Part shown: positions 1 through 14,137 of the stretch, piece after piece
How the letters are laid out: every line of letters starts with the position of its first letter
How positions within the stretch are numbered: the first letter of the stretch is position 1
Origin: Podarcis muralis
Lineage: Eukaryota
Length of the DNA: 64,000 nt
Direction of reading: 5' to 3'
Assembly (NCBI RefSeq): GCF_964188315.1
Contig: NC_135657.1
Location: 78,740,001-78,804,000, forward strand
Program-made: the position numbers and the translations under genes
Notes under the pieces: generated by a model
The model's input: the letters and a program-made list of their open reading frames with translations, nothing else
What the model was told of the DNA's origin: nothing
Database searches by the model: none

Positions 1-912
1 TCCTAAGTAGCTTTATGTTTTCTTTTCCTGCATTAAAATGCACATCTTTCAATTTCAGTGCATCTAGCATATATATGTGTTTCATAGAAGAAATTCAGGC
101 TCATTGTAAGCCTGAAGTTATTGCTTCTTGTGAATAAATCAAAGTCCCAAATGTGGACATTTATAGAGTTTCTTCACTACCCTCTCATAATTTCTGCCAC
201 AAACATACTTCTCATAGTAGGAGTATCACTGGATCTTAAGATGCATATCTACATGAGAGAGTTCAACAAGTTATCCACACCTGACCACCAGGAGGTTAGG
301 TTAGCTTATTAAAAAACAACAACAAAAACCCTATAAAGATTGATTTAAGTCAGCAGCACATTGAGAGACCTGTGCTTGCTCTTGCTAGTGTTAGTCAGCT
401 AGCAAGGCACCAAGATTTCCAGTTGCTTCAGCTGCAATAAAAAAAGCCAAGACTTTTGGAATAGTGTAGCACAGACCTCAAGAGAAGTGTGAGCAAACAA
501 CCTCTGAAAATTTGACTGATTTTAACCACTGAAGTGCTTGCTAGAACAGTTTTATTTGTCATTGCAATTTTATCTTATTATTGTATAGTATATTATATTA
601 TTATAACCCACTCAGGGACCATATGGTAAAGGACAACTTAGAATTTTTGCAAATAAACAAATATTTATTACTGACTATTCCTAGGAACACAGTACACGGA
701 TGTCCAAGACCTAGTAAGAATAATCACAGAAACATAGGTAAGACACATTAATTCCAGTCCAGAACAATTTAATGTTCCATTCAGCTGCACTAAACATAGG
801 CCAGCTGGGAAAAACCTTTAACTCAATGTAATTTCCATCTTAGTGTTCTTGTATATTTTTTTGGGGGGGGGGGCAGGAGGAATACACACACACACAAATA
901 AAACTCACTAAC

Positions 913-1020
913 CTGCAGCTGTTGTGTACTGCTCAGTATGGTTTAGTGCATCAGACCCAATATAAAAATAAGGATGAATCCCAGGAACCACAAAGGTAAC
1001 ATTCCCAAAATCAGTAGATC
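913..1020 (-). CDS. PM20D2: PM20D2 (M20 peptidase family, Xaa-Arg dipeptidase) exon 6; final exon 7 lies left of the window
   Basis: Encodes (G)[35 protein letters not shown](G); tag acceptor and GTTAGT donor; 108 nt; phase 1/1 fits exon 5. Confidence 0.95.
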
Positions 1021-1781
1021 CTAGGAAAAGGTAGTTTTAAATGTATCAGATCAGGCTACCAAAAGGAATATATGTAAGTACTGCTCAGCTATGCATGCTC
1101 TGCAGCAATATAATAATTCAGATCTCATACAAAGAAAGCAGCTTACAATTGGAACAGTGCAACTAGGCACATTTGTTCATTTTGCATTATTATACTGTTC
1201 CAAATGTCAGGATCACAAAGTTATTTATTTATTGACTGCAAAACTGTAGAATTGGACAAAGACAGTGATATGGAGGTAACCAAAGGCACTGGAAATGAAG
1301 TGAAATGAAAAAAATCTGTGCAGGACACTCAGCTCCTGTCCCACAGCATGAGAAAGTATGACAGAGAAAAGAGCACATAACACAGACAAAGGCAACAGGT
1401 TGTGGGGGTTTTTTAGGTGTAAAATAAATATTTGGGATTAGCAATGAAAGTTGATAAATGATAAGATGCAGAATCAGGCCAATTTCACAATGCATTTTTC
1501 AAGTACATTAGGTAGCTCCCAAACATAAATGTTTCACTTTGCCAAGGTAAAATAAACAGAATGCAGAAATGATTCCAACAGCAGAATGGAGGTTTTGGTT
1601 GAGAGAATTTAGTTTTCTTAAATAACAGTTCAACAATTCCTCACATAAATGGAAAAAGGCATCACTCTTAAAGGAGGGAAAAAAGACAGTTCTGGAGAAA
1701 AAGTGATATACGTAAATAGCATGCACATAAACTGGGTTTTTCCTTTCTGCAGTATCAAGATCAAGCAGTCCTGAAATAATA

Positions 1782-1961
1782 CCGTAGATTCCGGCGTACA
1801 AGATGACTTTTGAACCCCAGAAAATCTTCTCCAAAGTCGGGGGTCGCCTTATACACTGGGTATGGGCGGCGCGGAGCTGAGCCCGCCCCCTGTTGCTGCC
1901 CAACGTATTAGGCGACTGGGCTTATAATACAAATCGCCAAATTGCAGCTGCCCATCTACGG
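1782..1961 (-). mobile_element. Internally deleted pogo/Tigger-like (Tc1/mariner) MITE
   Basis: TA-flanked; starts CCGTAGATTCCGGCGTA and ends ATCTACGG; first ~85 nt are the reverse complement of the 3' end of the 60476-61071 element. Confidence 0.8.
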
Positions 1962-2534
1962 TAGTTTAACTTAAGAGATTACCAATCCTATCCCTTGCAT
2001 GTTGATGGACAGTAGGGTATCCACTGCCTTTCAATTCTACATCCTATGTTGGTTTATGATGAAAAACAGATACCATGGAATGGCAAAACCACAGCAGCAC
2101 TGTTTACTGCCCATTTAACTCAACCTGTCCTTACTTCATGGATCAAGTTGAACAAAATGCTAAGAGTATTACAAGAAAATAAGTATATGGTAAAAAGGTA
2201 GACATTTTAAGCAGGTTCTTCTGAACATGTGCTGGTCACCATGCTTTAATGAAGATGAATTTAAGTGTGTGATTGAAGTTTCAGAACAGCCCCATTACAT
2301 TTTCCCTTACCAAATTCAAATTCCCTTCAAATTTGTTTCTGCATTCACCTAGCGATACATGTTCTGATACTCTAAAATATAAAAACTGATCAGACTTCCC
2401 AATTGTTGGGAAATTCTGAAAAGATTTATAAATGTATTTTCTAGTAAAACAAACCAACCAACCAAAAATGCATAGAAAAGGAGTAAAAGCCAACCTGATG
2501 AATGTAAACACGTGGATGTTTTATTATTTATTAC

Positions 2535-2667
2535 CTGACAGCCCAGTCAAGTTATCTTCTGGGATGAACTCCATGCCAAGTTTCTTCCCATTCTCAATGT
2601 AAGCTTTTTCCAGGCTCTTGTTAGGGAGTACGTTGTAGTAATCATTTGCACCACCTTTTAATTCCAT
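2535..2667 (-). CDS. PM20D2: PM20D2 exon 5
   Basis: MELKGGANDYYNVLPNKSLEKAYIENGKKLGMEFIPEDNLTGLS(G); tag/GTAATA; 133 nt, phase 0/1. Confidence 0.95.
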
Positions 2668-3971
2668 CTAGAGAAGAAAAATATTCATTTGCTTTGACAC
2701 AAAAATACCAGATAAAGTCTAAACCAAAGGGCCTCCAACTGAATCCTATTTGTCTTACTCAGAGGTCAGTCCCACTGAACTCAAAGGGGCTTACTCTCAA
2801 AAATGCTTAGGACTTAGTGTTAGGCTGAAATCTGAAACATACTTACCTGAGAACAAGCTGCAATTCACAGTGTGGCTGACTTCAAAGTAAACATGCAAAG
2901 GATTACACTTTTAGGAACTAATTAGCTTTCTTCGGCATTTCACATCCTATTTATACGAAGCATGAATGTGGCATTATCTCCTAGAACAAGCAAGCAATTT
3001 TCTGCTTCCTGCCCTTAGACAACTGCAAGCTTCTTGCAAAACAGGATAAATTAGAAATGTGGAATGTCAGCTCCAAAGATGCCAAATGGAAAAAAACACA
3101 GAGCCAAGATTGTGTAAATTCTTGGAAGGGCGTTCCAACTGAATATGGAAGTGAGCTCCAGTTGGAAATTACTTTGAAGTAGAACCTTTAGAAGCAGGGT
3201 TAATCCCCTCTGGCTCCTCACTACTTTTATGATTTAAAGAAAATACCAAAGAAGGAAAAGTACTTAGAAACTGTTCAGTGAGAAAGGAAGCTTTTTTAAA
3301 AAAGAAAAAGAAAAAGAAAAACAGCCCAATGCTGAGTCCTTGTGTATTTAAAAGCATGTGAAAGGTCGCTCTTACTTGGGTATGTTTGCACTTTTGAGAA
3401 CCAAGACTTGACAAAGTTGAGTCCAAAATATCAGCTATGCTGAGATGTTAGTTCAACGGGATCAGGGTTTTAGTTCAGAGATGGATAAACCTTTTCAGCC
3501 TGAGGGTTGAGGCCAATCCTCTGAGGGCCACGTGCCAGTTGTGGTCATGGCCAAGCACACCCTGCTCTCACCACACACAGACCACCACTTACATACACAC
3601 ACATACACACATACTTATGGAAACACATTCATTCCCATTGCAGCACTGAGCTGAAACTTTTTCTCCAAGCACTGTAATGAGAGAAAGACAGAGGTGACCA
3701 GACCATTTCAAACATCTTGACAGGCCTAATCACCCCAATCTAGCCTGCTTGGAGCCACAACTATAGGGGGAAACTGTCAGAGGGTAGGCTGACATGTAGA
3801 TGTTATGCTTCTTTCAACTAAAATCACTCAACAGGTCCTGGGTTGTTTGGCCAAGAAGTCATCCAGAGAGTGGCTGAGGCAACAGTCAGGTGAGGAACAA
3901 ATAATAATATTATCATTATTAGTCAGCTCACATTGTCACTTAAAAGCAAAATAAATCTTTATGAACCTTAC

Positions 3972-4126
3972 TTCACACCCTGTGGCCAGGGCTGCAGATT
4001 TAAAGCAGTTCTCTGCTTTTTCTGTCAGGATGGAGAGTTCTTTTAACGAAGGAGCACGCAAGTAAAATTCTAATTCAGCATAAGAAGGGATGATATTAGG
4101 TTTCACACCTCCATTCTTTATTATAC
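3972..4126 (-). CDS. PM20D2: PM20D2 exon 4
   Basis: (G)[51 protein letters not shown]; tag/GTAAGG; 155 nt, phase 1/0. Confidence 0.95.
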
Positions 4127-7100
4127 CTAAAAGAAGGAAGAACTGTGTTACTGAAATCAGAACTTTGAATAGGAGTTTTCTGAGGCTTCTGGCTAAAACA
4201 GGAAAGCCACACTAGTTTCTGCACCTGAGCCAACTCTCCAGCAGATGTGGGAACAAAAACAGATTTCCTTGCTTTCTTTAAGGAAAAAGAAAAACTTGTG
4301 TCTTGAAATTTTGATTTCAATAAAAACCCCACAAAGATTTGCATTCACGTTCTTCTCAGTTATTCATCTGTTGTCTTTCAGGATGAAATAAAACTAGATG
4401 GCATTGGAACAAGGGGGATTAAGGGAGCAGTAACACAGAGGCTGAATATATTTACTAGACCAGAAGTCAAGGCGTAAAAACATCCCTTTCATATCCTAAC
4501 CTCTGGGGAAAAGACTAAAGTATAAATTAAAGCTGAACAATTTAACATGTTTTTGTGGCATAATTCAACTTTGCTTAACCAACTTAGGCATCAGTTTTGA
4601 ACAATACACCTCCTAACATCTTTTTTCTGCCTTTTTTCTTCCACATAGTGCATGGTGGAAGAATACTAAAGTAGCGGGTTATTCAACACCAGCTGCCCAT
4701 GAGCTGACCAAGAGAAAGGGATAAGAAATGAAAATATTTCAAACTCTTAAACAGTATCCATTTTAAGGAGCTTTTTTTGTGCAAGCATTTGAAATAGGTA
4801 AGGGGCACAAAATTCCAGAACACCATATTTTCCACCCTGGATAATATAAACAGTGTCACCCTTTGTCTGCCCATATATACACTTTCCTTCTTCAAATTTT
4901 GTTATGAAGACTAGAGCGCTATCAAGGTGAAGCGTCATCAAATGTTAGAAACAGGTTTTAGATCAGAGAAGAGAAGGTTCTGTATCAAAAGCAAGTGTGT
5001 TGGTTGTTTGTTTGCTTTCCTGTTGGCCCAGATCTAACACACAATAGGCAATAGCTGACATTCATCATACTCAATAGACCCATTGAAATCTATTGATTTC
5101 AATCAGTCTACTCAAAGTATGATAATTATCACTCAACAGCTCAAGTAAAGTTCCAGTTGAAACCACTTTGAATAAAGTAACTCTTAATCTGTTATATATG
5201 CACATATGAAATTTTGGCCAGGCAAATGAATCTACTGTCAATTGGGAACTTCAAACAAGAATAAAGGGGTATGATACATTTCCATCTTAAAAGTCTTGCA
5301 TGAATAGAATCTTGTTTGACTGAGTTCTGAATGACTCCAGCAAGAAGAGGCTCTTTGTTTAAAGATAGTTTGAATTGCTACAATATTGTTATAACTCAGT
5401 GGTGCCCAGACATAATGCGCTTGCAATCTATGGCAATTTTTAGGCAGTAAGTTGTTTTTAGGTTTCTTCAATATACCTGGAATAGTTGCTTACCTGAATA
5501 GTTCTTTAGTTGTCTTGAGCTATTCAAATCACTTGCCAGAATCCATCTGCTACACTACAGTAACTGAACATTGGCAGCAAATCTGAAAGCTGCATCTAAT
5601 ATTTATAAACCATCTAAATTTTATTAGGCCATGTACATAAAACTGGCAAGCTTCCCTGCTCCAAGAATCACTTTTACATTATGCAACAGTTGTATGAAGC
5701 AAATCAAAGTGAGTGTACAGGAATAGAAAGGTTTAACTTTAAGCAAAAACTGGCTGGCTCACAGGTGAGAGGCAATACTCAAGAGAACTCCCGAGAATGC
5801 CATCCATGTGTAGCAAAACTAGTTGTTGTCTTTGCTTCCACTAAGATTCAACAAAGTTCCTATAAGCACAGGTTATCCCAAAATGTATTATTCTAAAGAG
5901 CAAGCCCATGCTTGCCCCATGCTGTGGCATCAATATGCACACTTTGACTAAGCTTCAATACGTACAAGGAAGACTTTTGAGATGCTATCTCTATATATGG
6001 TTGGTAAACAGGCTATAGAAAAACCAAGTGGTACACTGCTGGTATAATCCCATTCTCATGTGTTTCTGCACAAACTAGCTGGGAAGATGTAGACAGGGCA
6101 GTGCACAGTGTTTTTATGATACTGGTTGTATAATCCAATTTGGCCTCAATAAGGCACCAATGCTCACAAGAGCAAGAAGGCCCATCATACAAAAATGTGT
6201 AAGATTTAAACCATGCACATGCTAAGAGTATTTTAATGGAAAATTATCACTTGAAAAGCAGCAAATCACTTGCAGTGCTGCCTGGGCCACAAATGCTTTA
6301 AATAATTTAATGGTTTTGTGCAAAGAAAACTAATTACTATTAGCTTTCATGACCACATAAAAAAATAAATGTTGACCAGCAAGGTAACCTTGCCTATGGG
6401 GGGAAAAAGTTAAAAAGCAGTAGAGCTACTCCAACCAGTTTAACCAGCAACTACGTGCTATGAAGGGAACATCACAAAAAACAAAAACAAATCGGGAATG
6501 CAAGAAGACATACCATTCCTTTCTTATCATCACTAAGAGATGCACTTTGCCTCACTCTTTTCAATTTGTATTCTTATTTGATAGCTCTAGTACAGATAAA
6601 CATGAACAAGGGCAGAAATTTGATGGGAGCAAACAAAGACGAGAAAAAGTAACAAGTCAGAAAGACCATGTTACTTTAAATTGAAAGTATTATGGATGAC
6701 AAGTTGCTCAAAACCTTTTACATTTTAGTTTATATGGGGTGAGGGGGAATCTTCCACTGAGAATATTTTTTTATGCAGTATTCAGAAGTACTACAACAGT
6801 GACCCATAATTCTATCTGGAAGGTATTAACGCCATTGCTTTGGAAATCAAACAGCAACATAAATCATATGGGTGCTTCTGGATGAGAGCTAATCCAATAG
6901 GGTGGAGAGGTATCCAATGGGGAACTCTTGAGAGAAGCTGATCAAAGCTGATTGTTGGGGCTATGCTTTGAAGGCCTGATAATCAGCTGACAGTCAGGGT
7001 TTCAAAGTGTCAGCCCAACACACATCAGCAGTGCCTCCAATCTCCTCTGTGGCCCAGGTGCAACTTTACCTGCCTCACACCTGACCTCATGGGTAGGACC

Positions 7101-8378
7101 AGAGGTGTAGGATAGGTAGCTGTGGATTGGTCAAAACTGCCTGATGGGCCTATTGGGTTTTTGGAACAATAGTTACTTTACCATGCAGATGGAAACCAAA
7201 CCTTTTCACTATTACCTAACTTCAGTCAAGTTAATGAATTGCAAGTGTTTATGGCTAATTTGATCCCTTTGGTTAGCTGTCTAGTTTAGTTGCCACATAT
7301 CTTTAAACGACGTTGTATAAACTAGAAATCCTTCTACAGTTAGACCCATATTATTATGGTCAGGTATAGACAAACAGTCGTCTACATGCTAAAACTCAAG
7401 TGTGGACCATAGCACTTTAGCCTTGCAGCTTACAAAACTGCCTCGTCCTCACAATAATCCCTATATATAGTTAACTAGCACTTAATAGAAAAGCTAAACT
7501 AGAACGCTATTTGAGCATTCAATTATATAACCATCACCTCTTCCAGGACTCCACTAATAAATGTATCAGTTGCATGAACTGCAGAGCTTGTGTCACAGAC
7601 ACTTATGAGTATGTAACTCGTATGCTTTACACATCTGGATGACACAAGCCTAGCACAGCATGCGTTCTAGCCTCTGACTAAGGGTGAGGGGCAGATCCTA
7701 TAAGCATCCCCAAAGCATAAAAAAGATGGAAGGAAATAGAGAGCTGCACCAACTGCCAGGGTATGATAACCCACAATATTGTGGGTGTGAAGACTCGCTG
7801 TTACAATACACATTATTGCAGGTGTCTGCCATCATAATACTCAACCTTAACACCAATCACCATCTGATGAACGTTCATTAACCTTGGCTAATACATGGAG
7901 CCTGACTGCTCTCACCACCCCTGGTATGAGCAGATAAAATCAGCTTAGAACAACATCCAAACTTGGGTTCATGGTTTGTTCTCCCTAACAAGCGAGAATT
8001 TGCCAACAACAAACTAAGTAAACATAGCTTGTTAGGGTGAAACAAATCACAATCCAAACTTCAGACATCTTGCTATATGGGTTCAATTACCTATGGGCTG
8101 CATACACTAGCATGCAGCTCACACAATATGGTTTCTTAAGCAAACAACCCTGACATATTGTTTTGGGAAAACATGACCAAAGTCTATTAAGTGAACATAT
8201 CCATACCCAAGTTGTATAGCTCTTAAAGAACTTTCAACTTTACCAACAGATTGAACATTTATCAGAAAACTTAAGCACATGAACAGCCATTTTCATTTTA
8301 ATGTTAACATGCCAGATACATTATAAAACAGTGCCTGAAGTATTACTTGCTGGACATAAGATTTAATGAACATCTCAC

Positions 8379-8521
8379 CATGAACTCTCCATGTTGGTTT
8401 CATTTGCTGCCTTAAAACTGACAGATTGTTGTATGCAAGAACAGCAGCATCTAATGCATTTACTCCTTCCCAAGGGTAAGCAGCAGCATGAGAAGCTTTT
8501 CCATAGTATTTCACAGTCACA
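8379..8521 (-). CDS. PM20D2: PM20D2 exon 3
   Basis: [47 protein letters not shown](G); tag/GTGAGA; 143 nt, phase 2/1. Confidence 0.95.
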
Positions 8522-9188
8522 CTAGGAAATAAAAGCCATCACTGGTTTTTAAACACTTTTTGAAAGGAAAAATATCCCTTTGGATTCATTCAACGAACTT
8601 AAGTTCTAATGAGATAAAGGTCTATGCTATAATATAGGGGTTTGTGTTTTTTTTAACCTCAATCCTCAATTTTTTTTTAACCTCAATCCTCTATAAAGAT
8701 AATTGCTGGAAAAACAGACCAACATGTTTTGAGAGTAGGAGGTATTCAATACAGAGCTTTGATACTCAAAGCTGATCTTTGTCATCACAAAACCAAGTCT
8801 GACATTTATATGGACCACTTGTACTGAAATAGGTACATACAAGACAAGAACTAATTTCTGTGGAAATAAAGAATATTAGTATATTAGACAGAAATAAATT
8901 GTGTCTGGTAGAGAAATATCTTAACAAATCAACTAAGAAAACAGACATTTTCAAAAGGCGTGAAGCAAATAACAAACTACAATCAACTGGTGTGAGATTT
9001 CCTGACAACTCAGTTCACCACCTCCCCTCAATCTGAATTTTGAAAAGCAATGTTAAAAAATTAGCATGAAAAAATTAGAGTTCAAGGAACTAGCACCGTT
9101 ATAACTTTGGCCTATAAAACCTGCTGGGATCAAAAGATTAGTAAGTATCCTCTTGTATTTATTTATTTATGTATGTCTTTACCACATT

Positions 9189-9345
9189 TATATCCCACCT
9201 GTCCTCCAATGAGCTCAAAGGGATGTAGGTGTTTCTCTCTCCAGATGACCCTCACAACAACCCTGAGTGATAGGTTATGCTGAGTTGGTGAGCTTCACAG
9301 TCAAGTGAAGATTTGGCACACTAACCACAATACCACACTGGTTAT
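9189..9345 (-). mobile_element. Decayed tRNA-derived squamate SINE (same family as the 17715-18720 copy)
   Basis: Shares tatatcccacc..ccaatgagctcaa..cctcacaacaaccctg..ctaaccac with the 17715-18720 SINE; (TTTA)n tail upstream. Confidence 0.6.
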
Positions 9346-10769
9346 CTATCCTATTCTGGCATATATCATATTCTTCCTAAGATCTTAAGAGATCTATAAA
9401 GATATGAAACCAGCTGCAACAAATTGCAACTACTCAAGAGTCTAAATATGTACATCTGATGACTTTATTCTGACCTTGGGAAACTTGAGTTACACTTAGG
9501 TAAGATGACTACCTGAGGCTTAGTAATAAAAATCATTAATTAGAAACAGGTATTAAGCACACTATGAACTGTGAGCAAACAATCCCAAACGTCCCGCATT
9601 ACACAGGACCCTTGCATAGGCTTTTGCTTACATGGCTTCATTTTCAAAGCGTGATTTATCATCTAGGGTGTGTGAGTTATTCTGTTGCAAACCTATTCTT
9701 CTTTGGCTGCAGCCAAGTTTGGAGACTGTGCAGACTTTGTTCAAAAATACAGTGACATGTGTTTAATAAAACTTGACAGAAATTATAACGAAAAGGTTAG
9801 GACAAACACAAAAGCCAAAGGTAAAGACAGCAGTTTGCAATGTCCTGTGTGAAGACAAACTGACACATTTCCCAACCAAAAACTACGAAGAATTCAGCAA
9901 ACATTTTTCCAGAGTGCAGAATATTTGTTACTGAGCTTTCCCTAGAATCAAGTGTTATAAAAACATTGTTAAATAAATAAATAAATGTGGATATGCTGTG
10001 TATCAGCACTATCCACTTCCAACATGACCCAAACATAACCCCAGCAATGCATGCTAGGTGCAACCGATAAAGCTATATCCGAAGACAGCCCAGCCTTTTA
10101 GGGTCATGCCAAGCTATGGAGTTCAGTAGCATAAGTTATATAAAGTAGGATAGAGAAGCAGCATAAATGCTATAAATAAGAGAAACAAGAGAATCATACT
10201 TCTGTCCCAACTGAATCATAGGGAATACTGTTGTTAAGCTCAGAATGCCAGTGCTCTTCCATCCTTATGCATATATAGTTAAAAGGTCTATACTATCAGT
10301 CTACTGAGAGCAGCTGGAAATGTTGATTCAACATTGCTGTTGAACATAGAAATGCTAATCATGAAATCCTACAGCTCCTCTCACTGAGGTATGACGTATT
10401 GGCAAAAACTGGTAGCAGAGTTTGCTTGTTTTCCTCTTCCCTCCCTATGCCTCCTCTTTTCCCTTCTGTGCTGTGAGTGATATCCAACTAAGCCATAATT
10501 AGACCAGACCCATTAAAACGGGCTAAAATCCATTGCTGTCAGTGGGTCTACAGCATATTATGACTATCACTGAATATCACTGTCTTTCAGACTGCATGCC
10601 TGTGAGCAGGTCATCTTGCTACTGATCTTATGTCATCTGCTCTGGAAGCCTTTTCAACAGAAAACTGGGTAAAAATACTTAAGGTGGCCTGGCTCAAGAA
10701 CTAGGATAGAATCCATCATTTATTTGTCAAAGGCCTTTCTCTGTGCATCCTGAAGTTAGGTGAGTGACT

Positions 10770-11030
10770 AGTGGGCGAAGTGCCTTTTCAGTGTTGGAAC
10801 TCTCCTCTAAGGTATGTTCAACTGTTCCTTCATCATTACAATTTAGGCAAATCTGTTCTGTTTGCTTGGAATGCTAATGGCATTTGGTGGCCTGTTATGA
10901 TACACACCACCCTTTTAATTGGATCACTGCTTTAAGTGTTATTTTCTGACTCAATTTTATTTGCTGCTACGTTTTAAAAATTGTGTTAGCCACTTTGAGA
11001 TGGATGCGAAAGGTGGGGTATAAATTCCTA
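10770..11030 (+). mobile_element. Decayed L2 LINE 3' fragment
   Basis: gccttttcagtg..ggaactc.. and terminal ttagccactttgag..gaaaggtggggtataaa resemble squamate L2 3' ends (compare the 58088 copy). Confidence 0.45.
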
Positions 11031-12262
11031 AAGTGAGTAGCATTCAAAAACTTGCTCTGTACAGTTCTCTCTTGTAAATCTCAAATGAGCTCTGAAATTC
11101 TAAGAAAGAATTCAGTACTGTACTGTAAGTTCAATACTGCCCCATGTACCAAAAATATTACTACAATGGCAATTTTGAGAAGTAAATGCGTAGAACTTTC
11201 CTACTAGTTGTTTTGGTATGTGGAGGGATATGGAAGCTAAGAATACAAAAAGCATCTGAAAGTACACATTTTCAAACAGAGCTCTGTTTTCAGTTAGTTT
11301 TCATATACTGATGTCCACCACCTCCCTTCCCGCTAATCCTGCTATTACTGTGCAGGAGTAGAGGATCAAGCATCAGGTGTACTGCATCCAGGGAGGGGGG
11401 AAAAGATTATGTTCTGCAAATGGAGACAATTCAAAGGGCTGTGTTTTTACTTGATGAATCACCTGCAGAAGAAGACGTGAAAACATTAGAATTAGCACTG
11501 ATCTAAAGTAATCTGTTACATGAGACCACGATTAATTATAAAGTTCATAGCTTCTGGCATTAGATTTTGTGCCCATTCTGTTCAATATGAAGAACAAAGG
11601 AAGATTAAGTCAAGACAAAACTGAAGAAACTGTACTAAATTTCTATGAAGGGATAACATCCCTACCACACATATTGGGGGTCGAGGGGGGAAGAAATCTC
11701 ATCTTAGTCTCTATAACGATGTTGTGTGGTTTTCAAAAGAAGTGAGGAAGTGTTCTTCTACCTCTAGTCACAAGAAATCATCTGTGCTGGTCAGCTCGCT
11801 TCAAAAATGGAAAGCCATCTCTAAGAATGATGAGGAAAGGCACTTGAAGCTTGTAATATTTACTACTGAACCAATGAGAGCTAGGTGGTGAAATGAAGCC
11901 ACACCTTTTATTTATTTAAAGCATTTTTATCCTGCTCTTCAGTCACAAAAGGTGCCCTGAGTGGCTTAAGATGAGCCTTTCTATAATAAAAAAACAACAC
12001 CAATTTGGGGTGAAACGACTTTTGCAAAGGAATTTTTTTTTGACAAATATAACTTGTTTGTCATTGCAATATCTGCAACACACCACTGCTTTCCTGATAC
12101 GGAAGGCTACTGAGATGTCAACATAGCCATCATATACCCTGGGTGTGAACTTCACTATGGCAGAAAGGCAGTCAAAAAACAGAATACCAAGAGGAATGGG
12201 GCACTCTGCATTTCTGGGTTGGTGTGTTAACTGCCAGAAACTTTTAAGAAAAGTACAATGTA

Positions 12263-12486
12263 CAGTAACACCTCTGGTTACAAACCATCCTCCTTGCGAA
12301 CGCTTCGGGTTACAAGCTCTGCTATCTTGGAAGCAGGTGCTCCTGGTTGCAAACTTTGCCCCAGGATGTGAGCAGAAATCGCGCTCCAGAGGCCCCATTA
12401 GTGAAAGCGCACCTCAGGTTAAGGACGGTTTCAAGTTGAGAGCGGACCTCCGGAAAGAATTAAGTTCATAACCAGAGGTACCACTG
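12263..12486. mobile_element. Tigger-like (Tc1/mariner) MITE
   Basis: TA duplications at 12261-62 and 12487-88; imperfect TIRs CAGTAACACCTCTGGTTA / TAACCAGAGGTACCACTG. Confidence 0.85.
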
Positions 12487-13368
12487 TATTCAAATCTATA
12501 TACAATCTAAATTGTATACAGCCGAACATCAGTTCTACTTGTTCTTAATATGCCTATATGTGGTCATCTTTGCAGAAATGTGAAAGGAAATATAAAAGTT
12601 TTTAACACTCAACTGTACAGCTTTGTACAGCTGTACAAGACATTTAGGTCTACATTGCAGGCAAACACCAGATCTAATTTCTGGAGATGTTCTGTAATGA
12701 GATCAGCTGAAACAAACTCCTTTAACAATCACATGAAGCAAGACTGTATAACCAGAATTGCTTCCAACTAAACAGAATGACTTCAAAAACACCCAGCACC
12801 CTCTCTAGTCCGAATAATGGTTCCGTCCAAATATATTAACAAATGTGTATAAACAATAAAACAAATTGTGGGTGGAAGGGTGTTTGTTAAACTGCAGCAT
12901 CTCCTATTCCAATAAAGTTGGCAGTTTCATGAACGCTATCACACATCAGGAAATGAAATTTATACCTTGAACTAAATTAAAAAATCATTGTTAGGGTTAC
13001 CTAGCTACTGGTCCAACTGATTTAAAAACAAAACAAAACAGAAGCTCATTAGGCAACTTGAATAAGATGATGTTGAATAAAGAAGATATGTTTCAAATAA
13101 GTAAAAGTCCCTGAAAATGAAGCCCTGCTGTAATTCACTACAAAGTGACATAATTTTGCAGGCAGTACTTTACTCAGAATGTGCATATAATTGTAAATAT
13201 ACAGAATAAGGTCAATAACTGAAGATCTTAGGACCAAATCTAGGAGGCTCTATCTGCCCACTCCTCCCAACAACCAGGGGAGTAAAAAACATGTAGAAAG
13301 TAGCAGTTCTGGAACTAAAACTTGCTGGCAGATCACTGGGTAGGAAATAGCTTAAGGAGGATGGGAAG

Positions 13369-13440
13369 TAACTCAGTGGCACAGCATCTGCTTTGCATTC
13401 AGGAAGTTGCAGGTTCAATCCCCTGCATCTTCAGGTAGTG
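13369..13440 (+). mobile_element. tRNA-derived SINE head
   Basis: Box A-like aactcagtggcac and box B ggttcaatccc; no cloverleaf. Confidence 0.5.
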
Positions 13441-13988
13441 CAAGACGAGCTAGCTAGACCAATGGACCTGTGTTCTGTGCATGGACTCCATCACCCATAC
13501 CGAAGGACTGGTTACTGGGAGCAGGTTGGCTTTGGAGGTCCTCATATCTTCCTCACGCATCACCCCAACTTTCCCCAGTGAACAGCTAAGAGGGAAAGTG
13601 CGTAGGAGAATTGTGGGTGAGCTTTTTCTGGACAGCATAGTGAGAAAGAACGGGATCCTTGGCACAAGAGGCCTTGGCAGCTGTTTCATAATGCCACCCA
13701 GCCTTCCTTTCTTACTGAGGCCCTTTAGGATAATGAATTAACGGTTATGGTATAAAAACTCAAACCTCACGTAATACAAGTTAATTGAAGTAGAAACTTG
13801 TTTCGCTTGGCAGCACCACACAAGCACCACGTGCTCATTAGCGGTTTATTAGAAACAGCAGCAGAACGTTACATAAATTGTTCCAAGTGCCCTTTGGAAA
13901 GCCAAACGAGTAACTCAAAAGTGGATCAAAAGTGAAAGGCTTGTTACAATGGCCAAGTAAACAATGCCTCCCATTCCAGTTTACTCAC

Positions 13989-14137
13989 TCATGTTCTGCT
14001 ACGTCGGGCAAATACGCTGCATCTTCTTGGGACGGATGGGCCATGAAAACAACGTCCAGACCATCGAAAGCTCCGGCTTTGATCAAGTCAATTTTGCCTC
14101 CTCCATCTTCTTCAGCAGGGGTGCCCAACACGGTGAC
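13989..14137 (-). CDS. PM20D2: PM20D2 exon 2
   Basis: [49 protein letters not shown](D), with the M20 EE motif; cag/GTGAGT; 149 nt, phase 0/2. Confidence 0.95.

Noticed and set aside
1-912. PM20D2 exon 7
   Set aside because: No sequence resembling SQEAQFYTLRTAKALAMTALD found; it must lie outside the window
3470-3800. hAT-like start cagagatggataaaccttttcagcc and GC-richer block; similar unclassified block at 6860-7170
   Set aside because: No second TIR or TSD could be identified, so no family call is supportable
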